This document shows, in pieces, positions 39,898 to 53,709 of a stretch of DNA of 64,000 nt (the first letter of the stretch is position 1; every line of letters begins with the position of its first letter). The position numbers and the translations under genes were made by a program. This stretch comes from Octopus sinensis (lineage: Eukaryota). The DNA lies in the NCBI RefSeq assembly GCF_006345805.1, contig NC_043010.1, positions 45,756,001 through 45,820,000 of the forward strand. Direction: 5' to 3'. A model generated the notes under the pieces. That model made no database searches, was not told where the DNA came from, and worked only from the letters and a program-made list of their open reading frames with translations.

Positions 39898-42464
39898 CAT
39901 TGAGTGAGAGAGCAGTGCATGCCATCAAAATGACACATTGGAATAAAATATACGAAGCCCAGTATACCCATCATGGCCAGCTCCTGTCAAGCCATCCAAC
40001 CCATGCCAGCATGGGTTGGATGATGATGCTTTAATTCACCTTGCTTTCACTGGGAATAGGCACCAGATCTATCTAGTTCAGCTTCAGATCAGAATCTATC
40101 TCTCATCTCAGTAAGCCTTGCCATTGGATTCACACTTTGGTTCTCATTACAGTGCTGGTTTACATCAACTTATTCTACATTCGGCTTATCACATTATAAA
40201 ACCTCCCATCACCAAGAGAGTATCTCCATCAGTCTTAAGAGATTTTTCTACTAAACAGTTTAATTACCGCTACCCTGTATTGTTAAACTGCTGTAACCAC
40301 CAGGCTTTCTATAAGTACCACCAAGTGTTGTTTTCAAAGTTAGAATTTTCAAGTTCTGTTTCTGGTTTTATTCTGTTTTAATTTCATTCATGGAGCATTT
40401 GCATGCTTTATCAGAAGTTACCCTAGTCTCTAACCAGTTTTGAGTTCTTCACCAAGTATTTTAGCAGTTAGTGTTATAGTGTGCGTTATGTATAGTTGAT
40501 TGTCTCAATTCAATTCCTTATCGATGCTTATTTTATCAACTTTCAAGGAAACAATAGTTAAACCTGACTTTGTCTAGATTTGAACTCAGAAATACAAGCC
40601 AGTAAACTACACTACAGTTAAGTATTCAAACAACAATCTACAGTCTTGGCTGCCACACTTCCTGAAACTATATTAATAATAACAAGACAAATAATGCAGA
40701 TAATGATGTAAGCCATCAACATTATCACCATTAACAGCACCATCACTCTCATCTCTCTTTTATTGGTAGAGATTTAATTATATTTCTATATTGTGTGTTA
40801 TTTTACTTTCATATTATTTATACTTTGTTCTTTTACTTAGTAAGCTGACTATGATATTATATAGGTTGTATCAAGTTAGCATAATTCTGGTTTCCATTTC
40901 CTTCTGAAAAAGATCAATACTTGATTATGTTTTGGTTGGCTGCCAATTGGCTTATTTGGTTGGATTTATTTAGATTTTCCCAAAGTATATCATTATTGTC
41001 TGTTAACGATTCCTTCCCTCCTGATTAATCTCTTTTGAATATTTGATTGAAAGCAATTTCTGTTGAAATATCCCAAGTGTTAAGAGATTGAGAATGAAAT
41101 AGATATATTTAACGTATGTTCGGAGAAAATTAATCTTCAGAAAAAATGTTTGGTCCGGAAACAGTTGTAAGTTTTCAATTAGCATAAACGTGATTGTTGG
41201 TTTTTCAAATATCAAACTTGAGGCTTGGTTTTTATGAAAGCATTTTTTAAATATTACATAATAAGTTTACAACTTCACTTAAAATAATAATAATTCAAAG
41301 CAGAATGAAAATTAAATTAGTTTTGAAACATTAATAATACTTGCAATGCAAAATTAGTTATATATTTCAGCAATAAATTTTATTCTTCCTGAAAAGGATG
41401 TCTTCCTAATGGAACTCACCATGAAAACAACTTTTGTTTTATAATGATAAGAGACAATACAATGAAACAGTCAAAAGAAGCAGAAAGTGTCAAATAGCAA
41501 GATAAACATTGCAATTTGAACAGTAGATCAGAAGTAAATTTTGAGTGAAAAGCAACAAATGAACAAACTAGTGGAGGAAGTTATCTGTAATCAGTCACAG
41601 CTGACTGCTGAGTTTATTGGTTCATTTCCTATCTCTGTTACTGCTGTGAGTTTATGACCAAAAAAAACACTGAACTTTGCATGGCTCAGTTCATTCAGTG
41701 GCAATCAAATACCATGTTTATGTAGAGTCCATCAATATTGACAAAACATTGTATATAGTTGCAGAGCTAGGTTCAAATGTTTCTGTGGGCATGGAGAAAG
41801 CAACAGAAACCAACAAATATGATAAATACATATTCAAAGAGTTTATTGATGTTTTTTTATCGCCATAATTAAAGAGCAGAAAACAAATTGATAATATTTT
41901 CTTTTATTTTGGAAATTAACTTTGATGCTGTTGCTAACAACATCAAAATTAACTTTCAAGTTCAATGGAAATATTAGTTTTACTCATTTTCTTAAATTAC
42001 TTTCAGCATTTTAATTAATTATACACAGTTATTGCTATATTTATGTATATACCTTAGAAAAATATGCTATCAAAACTCTTGTCTTCAGAAGAAAGCCATT
42101 AATGCTAATTACCCATTGACAACATTTTATAAACAGGTGTAACCACACAAAGTAAACCATTTAACATGAGCAAGATAAGTAAAATATCAGTTGATTGATT
42201 TGTACACCAGAAGATATATTTATAATAAGATAATAATGATCTTAATTTCAATGATACTTAATTCAATTACTTTCTTTCCATAAGTGTTTAAAATGAATCA
42301 ATTTTTCTAGTTTATCAATTATTTTTTTTTTAACAAAGTTAACACCTCAGTTTTCTTTCCTTGTTATCAATCTTCTCTTGTCTGCATAAACATTGCACCA
42401 ACATTATTCTTGTTATTCTATGCTGTTACTGATATTCTAAGCTGTTAAAAAGACATATGCCAGT

Positions 42465-43109
42465 TTTTCTTTTTAATATTGGTTTCAAATCTTGGCACAA
42501 AATCAGCAATTTTGAAGGAGGATATAAGTTGATTAAATTGACCCCAGTGCTCAACTGGCACTTATTTTATCGACCCCAAAAGAATGAAAGGCAAAGTCAA
42601 CCTCAGCAGAATTTGGATTCAGAACTTAAAGACAGACAAAATGCCACTAAGAGTTCTTTTGAATATTGACTTCAAATTTTGGCATAAACCAGAAATTTTG
42701 GTGGAGGGGCTTAGTAGATTACATCAACCCTAATGTTCAACTGGTACTTATTCTATCGACCCCATAAAGATGAAAGACAGAATTTGAACTCAGAGATGGA
42801 TGAAATGCAGCAAAGCATTTTGCCTGGTGTGCCAACAGTTCTGCCAGCTCTCTGCCTTATTTCTTTTTAATATTAATTTTAAATTTTGGCACAAGGCCAA
42901 CAGATTTGGGGGAAGGGTAAGAGCTAAGTCAATTGAATTGATCCAGTGTTCAACTGGTACTTATTTTATGAACCCTGAAAGAATGGAAGGTAAAGTCAAC
43001 CCCAGTGGAATTTGAACTCAGAACATAAAGCCAGACAAAATATTGCTAAGCATTTTGCCTGGCAAGCTAACGATTCTGCCACCTTGCTGCCTTATTTCTT
43101 TTTAATATT
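42465..43109 (-). mobile_element. Three head-to-tail SINE family B copies
   Basis: Units at about 42480-42652, 42668-42858 and 42875-43093, separated by TTCTTTT(T/G)AATATT. Confidence 0.85.
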
Positions 43110-43444
43110 AGAAAGACTTAATTACTGAGAAATTACAAGGCTAGCCTAAAACAAAATATAACAGACAGTAACAGCTACTTAAGTTTATGCTGATGCTCCA
43201 ACAAATACCATTTATGTACCTTACAAAATTATATACTTTAATGCTTCTTTAATATACATAGAAAACGATAAATTACTTTCGAGTTTTAAATTAATGACAC
43301 TAAATGAATAATTGTATACTTAATACACTCTCATTAAGAATAAAGAATCAGTTTTCTTAGAGATAGAGTATTCTTTTTCTTCTTTATCAGCATGCCATCT
43401 GTTATGTTGTTTCATGTGAACATTTCACCTAATTAATACTTGTA

Positions 43445-44406
43445 CAAAGTGGTATCAAAAAGTTCCCAGACTAGTTCTGTTGTACACCACCAGATAGAAG
43501 CACATGGTTGCGTGCGCAGTGAGTGCTAGCAGTGACCTTCATGTGGCAGTGTGCCAAGTGAAATTAGTGTTTTGGTGATCATGTGTATGCTGAAGTCTGT
43601 GATTTTGTTAGAGACAGTTACAAAGAGCTAACATGAAATTTTGAGTTAAACATGGGAAGTCTGCTACAGAGACATTGAGTGTGCTTCAACAAGCTTACAG
43701 CAACAAGGCAATGGGTTGCACACAATGTTTCGAGTGACACAGGCACTTCAAAAGTTGAAGAACATCTCTGGGAGACAATGAGTGATCTGGAAGAGCTGCC
43801 ACTATGCATCAAGAATTCATCCTCCAGGACCAGACGGTCAATCAAGAGTTTTACTGTAACATTTTGAAGTGTTTGGAGGGAGGATATTCAGCAAAAGCGA
43901 CCGGATCTGTGGAGCATGAATTTTTGACCAATCATAAGTGTCAACTTAATCTTTTTATGACCACTGTCCATAATTTATTCTTCTATTACATTAAATCAGG
44001 AATGGACAACCTTTTTACCAAGAAGCAGTCTACATGAGACATGACTTATTAAGTCATGCACACTGTCACCAAGCTCTCTTCACTCAACAGGGTATCACTT
44101 CTGCAACTGCCCTATTTACCAGATTTAGTAGCTACAAACATCTATCTTTTCCCTAAGATGAAAATGCAGCTCAAAGGTTGCTGTTTTAACATCATTGTCA
44201 AAATCAAGAGCAAATTGTATTCTACAATTCTTTAACTTGCTTACAAAAAATGACTTCCAGACCAGATTTCAAAAGTGGCAAGGAATGCAGGAACCAGTGT
44301 ATTGCTGCACAAGGTGACTATTTCAAAGGAGATGATGTTAAAACTTAGACAAATAAGTTGTTTTATTATAAACATAACTAGTCTGGGGACTTTTTGATGC
44401 CACCTC
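43445..44406 (+). mobile_element. Defective mariner (Tc1/mariner) transposon with TIRs and TA flanks
   Basis: TIRs GTGGTATCAAAAAGTTCCCAGACTAGTT / AACTAGTCTGGGGACTTTTTGATGCCAC; transposase remnants GKSATETL, HQEFILQDQTVNQEFYCNILK, PYLPDLVA..LFPKMKMQLKG. Confidence 0.92.
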
Positions 44407-44744
44407 TAAGTTCAATATTATTAACTAACTATAAAAGGACTCATTATCAAGAGAAAAATTAACTTCATATTATACTTTATTTGCTATAATAATACAATAT
44501 TGTTATACTGTCAAAGAGTACTAATCACTTGTTCTCCTGAGAGATTTGATTTCAGCTATGTAAACCACCACTACAATATAGTGCCATTAAGTTATTCTTC
44601 CCCACTCTCTCTCCCTCATTCCCTCTCTTTCTCTCTCCCACCTTTCTTTCTTTCCCTCTCTATAAGTGGGAGGTGTCTAAATATATGTCTGTTATAGTTA
44701 TATTCATTTGATTTATTGAGATATTTACTGACAAGTAATAATGA

Positions 44745-44958
44745 TAATTTCAAATTTTGGCATAAGGCCAGTAATTTGGGGGGTATGTTGGTAAGTCAAT
44801 TACATCAACACCAGTGTTCAACTGGTGCTTATTTTATCAACCCCAAAATGATGAAAGGCAAAGTTAATCTAAGAAGAATTAGAACTAAGAACATAAAGAC
44901 AGATGAAATACTGCTAAGCACTTCATCCAGCATGCTAACAATTCTGCCAGCATGCCAG
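44745..44958 (-). mobile_element. SINE family B
   Basis: Reverse match. Confidence 0.8.
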
Positions 44959-45337
44959 TAAAATTTTCTATATATGTTTATCAATATAAAGTGTCATATT
45001 TGTCTTTGCTTCCCTGAAAGTTATTCTTAAGAAATTAAATTAAGAAGGAAGCCTTATAACTATAAAGATTTATTCTACCAAAAATTATAGCAACTCAATG
45101 TTGTTTGTGAAATAGATATATGTAATAAGTTTAGCCAAGATTCGAGCACTAAAACTTTAGCTTCATTCAGCAATTTTAAAGCATAGTTCATAACGTCACT
45201 GCTCAAGATGTTTGTTTTATTTAGAAACATTAGCAACAGAAAAATTACTTTATTTGGTATTTTTGACCAATCATAAGTGTAACTTAATCTTTTTATGACC
45301 ACCACCGTCCATAATTTTTTCTTCTATTACATTAAAT

Positions 45338-45501
45338 CAGGAATGGGCAACCTTTTTGCCAAGAAGCAGTCTACATGAGACATGACTTATTAAGTAGGCT
45401 GCACTACTAAAATAAATTGAAGTTAATTTTTCATTTGACATGCAATTCAGAAAGTCCTGCAGGTCACATGCAACCCATGGGTCATAAGTTGCTCCTGACT
45501 G
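45338..45501. mobile_element. Short hAT-like MITE
   Basis: CAGGAATGGGCAACCT start and degenerate AGTTGCTC.TGACTG end. Confidence 0.5.
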
Positions 45502-46796
45502 AATCAAATTAAACAGACCACTGAATCATTTGCTAGTTGGGACCTAGCTCTCATCAGAAATGTGCATCTACAAGGACATCAAGAGAATGTTTCTCCTTTG
45601 GCTCCCACCAAAGACAACAATGGTCTGGGGTCAGCATTATTATCACTACCACATCCTGTCAAATGTAACTAGTAACATAAGCATCAACTATCAAAACAGT
45701 TTGCGACTACAATGACTACCTATGCTGTTTTATCACTAGGGACTCTTTCACATGTGCTGTAGATCCTTGTCAAAAACTGACAACCAACTAGTTTGATGTG
45801 AACACACACACACACTCTGTTATTTTTGCATTACCCCCGAACATGTAAACTTACTGTATTTTAACTGTTCTCTCTCAAGAGTGATAGTGCTTCAGAATAT
45901 CTCTTTGTAATGTTTGAAGAAAATAAATATATGTATACTTCAGAGAAAATCATCAGTTGCTCCTTTCAAAATACCCTTTTGAATCAATGTCTCTTCTCCA
46001 CACCATAGTAATGCCAAAAATTTACACTTGTAAATCAGACACACTGTTGACTAAAACAGCTTCACAGATACAAACAATGCTACAAACTAAAATGTTACAG
46101 ATACATTTTAGAAATTATACTCCTCTGGAATGTTTTTTTCTAAAATCAGAAATGTGGCAAAACTATAAATCACACTACCAAATACAGTTTGATGTTTTGT
46201 TTTCTCTGACTGTTGTCACTGAATACTTACACCTTTTATGGACAGTACATATGGTGGTAATACATTTGAATCTGATGAAGATAGCTACATATAAGAGGAT
46301 ACCTGTACATGTTGAATTTGACACGTACAGAATGGCTGTACCACACCAACCATCACACACATCCAATCATCAAATGTCATACTTCAATGGCAAGGCAGAC
46401 TGAAGTGACGAGTGAACTCCCCTACAAAATACCTCATTCTTGAAACCTGTGGTATCTCTTCCTAATTACAGTTGAACTAAGGTAATATGCAATAAAGTGA
46501 TATGCTCAAAGACAAGCAATGTATTATTTGAATGGATGACTCATTAATAGATCGTCCAATGACTTATCTACTCAATCTACACAGTACAGGCAAAAACTGA
46601 AATGATGCAGAAATGATTTATGTCAAAGGATGGAAAAATTTCTTTGGGGGTTTTGTATAATTTTGAATTGAGTTTTAAAATGTTCTGATGTATCTGTTAA
46701 TACTTTGTCTCACTAACAAATCTAACAATTTTCACATTCATTGTTTCTTGTTTATCTAGTAATATTTAAATAAATAATTTCGAAGCATTTTCTTTT

Positions 46797-48168
46797 CATA
46801 TCATCATCATCATCATCATCGTTTAGCGTCCGTTTTCCATGCTAGCATGGGTTGGACGGTTCTACTGGGGTCTGTGAAGCCAGAAGGCTTCATCAGGCCC
46901 AGTCAAATCTGGCAGTGTTTCTACGGCTGGATGCCCTTCCTAACGCCAACCACTCCGTGAGTGTAGTGGGTGCTTTTTACGTGCCACCCGCACTGGTGCC
47001 AGACAGAGCTGGCAAACGGCCACGAACGGATGGTGCTTTTTATGTGCCACCGGCACGAGGGCCAGGCGAGGCTGGCAACGGACACGAAACGGGGCGGTGC
47101 TGGCAACGGTCGCGAAACGGAAAGTTCTCTTACATGCCACCGGCACTGGTAACACATCTGCAATTTCCATTGATCGATTTCCATTGATCGATTTCGATTC
47201 TGATCGTCACTTGCCTCAACGGGTCTTCACAAGCAGAGTTTTGACATGCCACCGGCACTGGTAGCACATCCGCAATTTCCATTGATCGATTTCGATTCTG
47301 ATCCTCACTTGCCTCATCACGTCTTCACAAGTAGAGTTTTGTGTCCCAAGAAGGGAAGGTATGCATACGTAGGCTGGCTCCATCCCATGTAGAAGGCCAC
47401 GGGTTATGGACTCACTTGTCCTGCCGAGTCTTCTCGCGCACAGCACACTTCCAGAGGTCTCGGTCTCTAGTCATTTCCTCAGTGAGACCTAAAGTTCGAA
47501 GGTCGTGCTTCACCACCTCGTCCCAGGTTTTCCTGGGTCTGCCTCTTCCACAGGTTCCCTCAACCGCTAGGGTGTGGCACTTTTTCACACAACTATCTTC
47601 ATCCATTCTCGCCACATGACCATACCAGCGCAAACGTCTCTCTTGCACACCACAACTGATGCTTCTTAGGTCCAGCTTTTCTCTCAAGGTACTTACACTC
47701 TGCCGAGTGTGAGTACCGGCATTACACATCCATCGGAGCATACTGGCTTCATTTCTAGCGAGCTTACGCATATCCTCAGCAGTCACGGCCCATGTTTCAC
47801 TGCCATGTAGCATGGCTGTTCGTACACACGCATCATACAGTCTGCCTTTCACTCTGTGCGAGAGGCCTTTTGTCACCAGCAGAGGTAAGAGCTCTCTGAA
47901 CTTTGCCCAAGCTATTCTTACTCTAGCAGTTACACTTTCAGCACACCCGCCCCCGCTGCTGACTTGGTCACCTAGGTAACGGAAACTATCAACTATTTCT
48001 AGTTTTTCTCCCTGGAAAGTGACGGAAGTTGGTCTCAGAGCATTTTCAGTGTTTATTGTTCCTGAGCATCTGCCACATACAAAAACCATCTTCCTAGTTA
48101 GCCTTCCTTTGACATTGCTGCATCTCTTATGTGTCCATAGCTTACACTTGGTGCATCTTATAGAGTTT
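46797..48168 (-). mobile_element. 5'-truncated RTE LINE, same family as 33120-36406, uninterrupted C-terminal ORF2 segment
   Basis: ORF 47412-48200 from NSIRCTKC onward is near-identical to the + copy; same 3' terminus and (CAT)n tail at about 46800; truncated inside the PHD-like finger. Confidence 0.95.
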
Positions 48169-48803
48169 GTAATATGTTTGTAATAAATGTATTTAAACAA
48201 AAAGAATGAAACTTAGACATCAGGATGTTATTGAACAGTTTTGTTTTCAATGTAAATTATTCAAGGAACACACACATACACACACGTTTTGCCTCTTATT
48301 TTGCTTCAAACCCATGAAGTGAGTTATGCTGAACATTGTAAGATAACAAAATAGTTTATCATAAAAGAAAATTGATTGATGATAATAGACAAAACCGATA
48401 GATAATAAAATACACGGAAACTTTTCATACTGATGTACTGGTCCATATAACTATATCAGCATGTAAAAACAGATGCTACCTATAATGTTAGTGATAAAAT
48501 ACGAAAATGGAGACTGCTTCACTAAATGTTTTACTATATCTAATTTAGTGCCTTATTTCTGAGTCCAAATTTACTTTATGCTTCTTTGGAGTTAGTAAAA
48601 TTAAATATCAATAATATGCTGACATTGATTTAATTGATTTACACACATCTATAAAATATTGGTTTTCTGTTTAATGAAAAGACAGTCTAGAAAATGGAAC
48701 ATTTATTTTTCATGCAACATTTTGCTTACACAATATTTTGAATATTTTAATAAAATTAATTTAATTTCTATTAAATGAACATATTTATTTTTTTCATTTT
48801 CAG

Positions 48804-48885
48804 TGAATTAATTTCAAATAGATATATTTCAAGAACTCTATTGCCTACAGGCTTCCATTCAAAAAAGATATCAAAAGATGAGTAT
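48804..48885 (+). CDS. ADAM prodomain exon B (ELISNRYISRTLLPTGFHSKKISKDEY)
   Basis: ttttcattttcAG acceptor, TAT|GTAAGT donor; 82 nt, phase 2 to 0; open and phase-compatible with both neighbours. Confidence 0.85.
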
Positions 48886-48974
48886 GTAAGTATATGTTTT
48901 AATTTCAATTATTTGGAATACAAATTATCATCATCATTATCATGCTAGTGCATACTAATTTAGTTAGCAGGTAT

Positions 48975-49132
48975 TTTATTTTGAGGTTTGGTGAGAACAA
49001 GTCTCCTCAAATCTCAAGAATTATTTTTAGGATTCTTGCAGAATATAGGATGGTACTTTTCTGCAGTTTGATAATGCATGTTACAATTCCAATTTCTTTC
49101 AGTCTTTTAGGTAGCATTTTGAGTGGTGCACC
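48975..49132 (-). mobile_element. RLE-type LINE extreme 3' fragment
   Basis: Minus strand LPKRLKEIGIVTCIIKLQKSTILYSARILK..LEI*. Confidence 0.65.
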
Positions 49133-49400
49133 AACTGGTACTTATTTTATGAACCCCTAAAGGATACAAGGCAAAGTCTACCTCAGCAGAATTTGAGCTT
49201 AGAAAATAAAGGCAGACAAGATACCACGAAACATTTTGCTCAGCGTGTTAATGATGCAGTGAGCTCACCACCTTCATTATAATAATAATCCTTTCTACTA
49301 TAGGCACAAGGCCTGAAATTTTGGGGGAGGGGACTAGTTGATTACACTGACCCCAGCTTTCACTAGTACTTAATTTATCAACCTTGAAAGGATGAAAAGC
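49125..49400 (-). mobile_element. Two SINE family B pieces
   Basis: 5' portion at 49128-49273 and 3' portion at 49280-49400. Confidence 0.75.
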
Positions 49401-50569
49401 CCTAATAATAATAATGATGATAATATGTATAATAATCATTTTAAGTAGATAGTAAAAACATTTAGGTCTAATGACTTTCTGATCCTTTAATAATTCAAGT
49501 GGTGTACAGCAGAGGGTTTGTAGCTGCTTCTCAGTCAGCTAATACTTGACCTAAGAGACCAAAGTCTCAATTTCAATCACAACTAAATAACATGACAGAT
49601 GACTTGTTAAGCATAGTGCATGAGTTCTTTGGTTCTGAAGGTTATAAAGGAATGACGTCTCCACCATATTCTATTATATTTTACTATCACCATTCTCACT
49701 GCTATAAACAAACATGAAATATAACATTCTGATTGTTGAAATATCATACATATTCCATTTCAATGATAAGTGTTGCAGAATGGATGCAAACTCCCAGATG
49801 GATCCATTTCAATTTTAGCTGGGGTTTTTTTTCTTCTTATATGTCCCAATTCAGTTATGTTCAATACTTCTACTAAATTGTTTTCTGTGTCACACAACTT
49901 AGAGATAAGTGTCCATTGGTGCCCCAAAAGACTGTTGGTTATTGAATATGATTAATATTTCAGAGTCAAATGGCAAAGATTGATCAGACCATTAACTTCA
50001 TATTTGTGTTATTTTCACTACAGTCTGATATAATTTCTGATATTTTTTCCAACTCTTTTAACATTGTTCATATAATCTAAGGTTAAACTCAATTTGCTGC
50101 ACAGGCTCTCTGCATTTATATTTATTATACTACATTACTATTTAGTTATTTAGTTGTCATGTGTGTTCACACACATACACACACATGCTTGCATATATAT
50201 ATATACTTTACTTTGGATTGAGATTTATAACTTCATATTCTCATCTACTTTTCCATTCTGCCTTTAAAACTCTGGTGGAAACTCTTTGCAAACTCACTGG
50301 TCTTCAAGGCAGTTTTTTTTGTTTAAAATGCAAAATGTTCCTTTTATAGTCAAATAGGATTCAAAATAGCATTTCCAAAATTGAAATTCTGACAGAAAAT
50401 GCTCAGGAATTTATAGCCCATGAGTTTATTGCAGGCATTATGTTATGCCTTCTAACCTTTATTGTCATCATTATCACAATTGTTGTTGTTAGCAGCAAAT
50501 GCTAATATCTAATTTCTGTTTTGGTTTTGATTGGATAGGTATGTAGGATGTCATATTGACATATCTTAC

Positions 50570-51110
50570 AATAGGTATCAGCCATGCTCATACAATTTCC
50601 TCTCCTGCACTTAATCGCTAATGCCTTTAATTCCAGCCAGCTTCTCTTTTGCAGATACTTTGTCTTACAGCTTAATGTAGCATATTCAGAGCATCATATT
50701 CAATTTGTTTTGTCTTTAATTTCCACAGATCATATATTTTAGTGTCCAAAGTTCACTCCTATATAGTATTATGCCTTGTATATAAGGGGTTTTGGTGGGG
50801 GTGTTTCCAGTGAAGAAAGTGACATACTCTATGAACTTCACCTTATGCTCTGTTTAGTTTTGGGCACTACTATACTTTAACTATTTCTAATTTCAGTATT
50901 AATTATATCTCCTGGGTGGCAGAAACTATCCATTAAAGCCACCATACTATGCAGTGTATGGACATTAATTTATAATCATCATTGCCAGAAGCTGTTTATG
51001 TACACATAGCTAATTCAAAATCCAGGTTCCTTGCCAATCTCCAGAGATCCAAGACGCTTTACTTGTACACAGAATTGAGTTCTTTTTGACTTCTTTCATA
51101 TAAAACAATC
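50570..51110 (-). mobile_element. Highly decayed RTE LINE remnant
   Basis: Remnants of QERxLxxxH, LYxSExW and DSF motifs on the minus strand. Confidence 0.5.
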
Positions 51111-52880
51111 GTTTCATTAATAGTACTTAGATTTTGTGCTAAAAATAGGCATCAGCTAAGCAATTCACACCAGGAAATGGTAAAATGATAGTCAGTCCAC
51201 TAAAACATAAGCTTTAATGATATTTGCAAATGTACTCTTCACAAAAATATAAATCATAAAATAAAAGCTAATTTACATATTAATCCCCAGTTTTGATCAA
51301 CCAGACCTCATCATAATAGCTACAAATACATTCTTTTAATATTGTCGATGTTAGCTAATTAAAGAAACAATGCTGAACTCGTTAATCTTCACTAATGAGT
51401 TGTGTGGAATAAAGAGTAGTAGAATCACAGAAGTGACATTTCTCTAAAGCTGGATCTCAGAAGCTAGTTATCTCTGTGGTGATTTCACTGACTCCAATTA
51501 TCACTCCAGCAGTTTTTCTAACAACATATACCTGTTTTGGTGTCAGTAATCCCTATGGCAGTTTTCTTTTTGTTTGTACTATTGCAATTTTCCTAGTGTG
51601 AACATTTATAGCAAAAAAATATTAGGAAAACATTACACTCGTTTTGTTAAGAATGAGATTTCTATCTTTGCTATTTCTATCTTGCTAATTAAAAAAAAAA
51701 AAGTTTGAGAAAGCTGAATTCTTTCACAGGTACTGTGGAAATGAAATGATTTGAAAAATTATTTCTTCTTCGTGTTATAACTGCTGCTATTTAATTACTG
51801 AAAGCTTTTGATTATATCTCCTTGGCAATAATTACTGTCACCTATCAAACATTAAGCTATTTGTTACATAAATCATATAACCTAGTGCATGGCATTTATA
51901 TCTCAGAGAATTTATGTATGTTAAATACCATTTGGATGAGATGTTAGAATTAAATGCAATCCAGTTGGTCCTATGCATTTCATTCTTGAAACTCTCCATG
52001 ACAGATAAAGCAGGCTGAAAACATAACTTCATTATCATCTCTTTCTTTATTTTAAAATTCATTAAAAACTGAACAGTCAGTGTCTCCTTTTGAAATTATT
52101 AGAAAATGTCACTGCTTTTGTGTTATACTTTCAGTCATTGGTTGTTATACTGTAATCAAGTTTATTTTTATCTCAGTCATAATGATTAGTTTCTCGGCAT
52201 CATTCACTGTAATGTGTTCTATTGTTGCTTATATTAATATCTATCTATAGAAATCTCGCCTGTTTGAAAGTTAATTGCTATATTTTACAATTTGTAACTA
52301 TTGTATTCTCATTTATTTCATGGGAAAATTGCAGTGAACAGAAATAATCAAATAATAAGCAATACATGACAATACATGATATCAAATATCTGAACCATTC
52401 CTTCAGAACTATTGGTTACATTTTTGTTTTGCTGAGAAACTGTTATTGGAGGTCAAATTGGTTTTCTGATGGGGAGGTGTGGATTCATATTTTGTCCTAT
52501 GATTAAGGATGTGTTATACTCCAACAAAGATGCTTAGCTCTCTTGCCCTACTTACTTTGCAGTAGGAAACTTTATATTTATGAAAGGAAAGGGAGTAATT
52601 TCAGATTGTAGCTTCATATGAACCTGTATATGGCTTAATTGGCCAGAGTGATGAAAGAAGACTTAGTGAGTCACTGTTTTATATTTCTTCTCATAGCACC
52701 TTCATCTAGTTTCCAGGATCGCATGATGAAATGTTTCTAATTTTTCTATTTGATGTTCTTCCTACAACTAACCACTCAACTTGAAGCCTCATCTCTATAA
52801 TCTTTTCCATTTAGAGAAATAAAAATGAGTATAACATGAAAAACTTCTCTGCTTACACTTAGATTAATTATTCTTTTCAG

Positions 52881-52963
52881 TATGCTCAACATTGCTACTA
52901 CAATGGTCATATTGAAGGAGACCCTTATTCCATTGCTGCTGTCAGTACTTGTGATGGCATCAG
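52881..52963 (+). CDS. ADAM prodomain exon C (YAQHCYYNGHIEGDPYSIAAVSTCDGI-S)
   Basis: ttcttttcAG acceptor, AG|GTAATT donor; 83 nt, phase 0 to 2; hallmark HCYYxGxxxGxxxSxAxxSTCxG motif of Pep_M12B_propep. Confidence 0.95.
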
Positions 52964-53124
52964 GTAATTTTTATTGTTGTTGTTGTTATTATTATTATTA
53001 TTGTTGTTGTTATTGTTATATTGACTTGTTACAAGACAAATGGAGAATAGATATTAAGCAAAATGATATGATGATACGTGTGTGTGTATCTATCTATCTA
53101 TCTATCTATCTCTCTCTCTCTCAC

Positions 53125-53173
<49 letters not shown>

Positions 53174-53605
53174 GTGTGTGTGTGTTTATATGTATATATA
53201 CTTTCATATAGATATGTAAATTATGAGTCTATATGATTGTGTACAGTTAAATATATGTCATCGTTGATTTTTATGTCTTATTTTTGTATTTTTTGCTATT
53301 TTACAATTATATATATTGTGATAAAACAAGTACTTTCATGCTTACTGCAGTCTTCAGGTTATATAGTGGTAGAATTAACCAACAGTTATGTTTCATAATT
53401 GATAACGGTAGTGGAATCCTTGAATGTATGTGTGTGTATCCACACACATACACATGCACACACACACACACATACATATATGCATGCGCGTGCACACACA
53501 CACATGAAAATAATGGTACAAAATTGTTTTCATGCAACAAATGTCTCTACATAACAGTATAAGAGTTTACTGTAAAAATATTAGTGTTGCAAGGCAAGTT
53601 TTTTG

Positions 53606-53643
53606 CACACACACACATGCACATGCGTGTACACATACACACA

Positions 53644-53707
<64 letters not shown>
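53606..53707. repeat. (CA)n microsatellite
   Basis: Directly visible. Confidence 0.97.

Positions 53708-53709
<2 letters not shown>

Noticed and set aside
45957-46403. 148-aa ORF
   Set aside because: Non-ATG start, no recognisable motif or splice signals; probably chance or decayed repeat.
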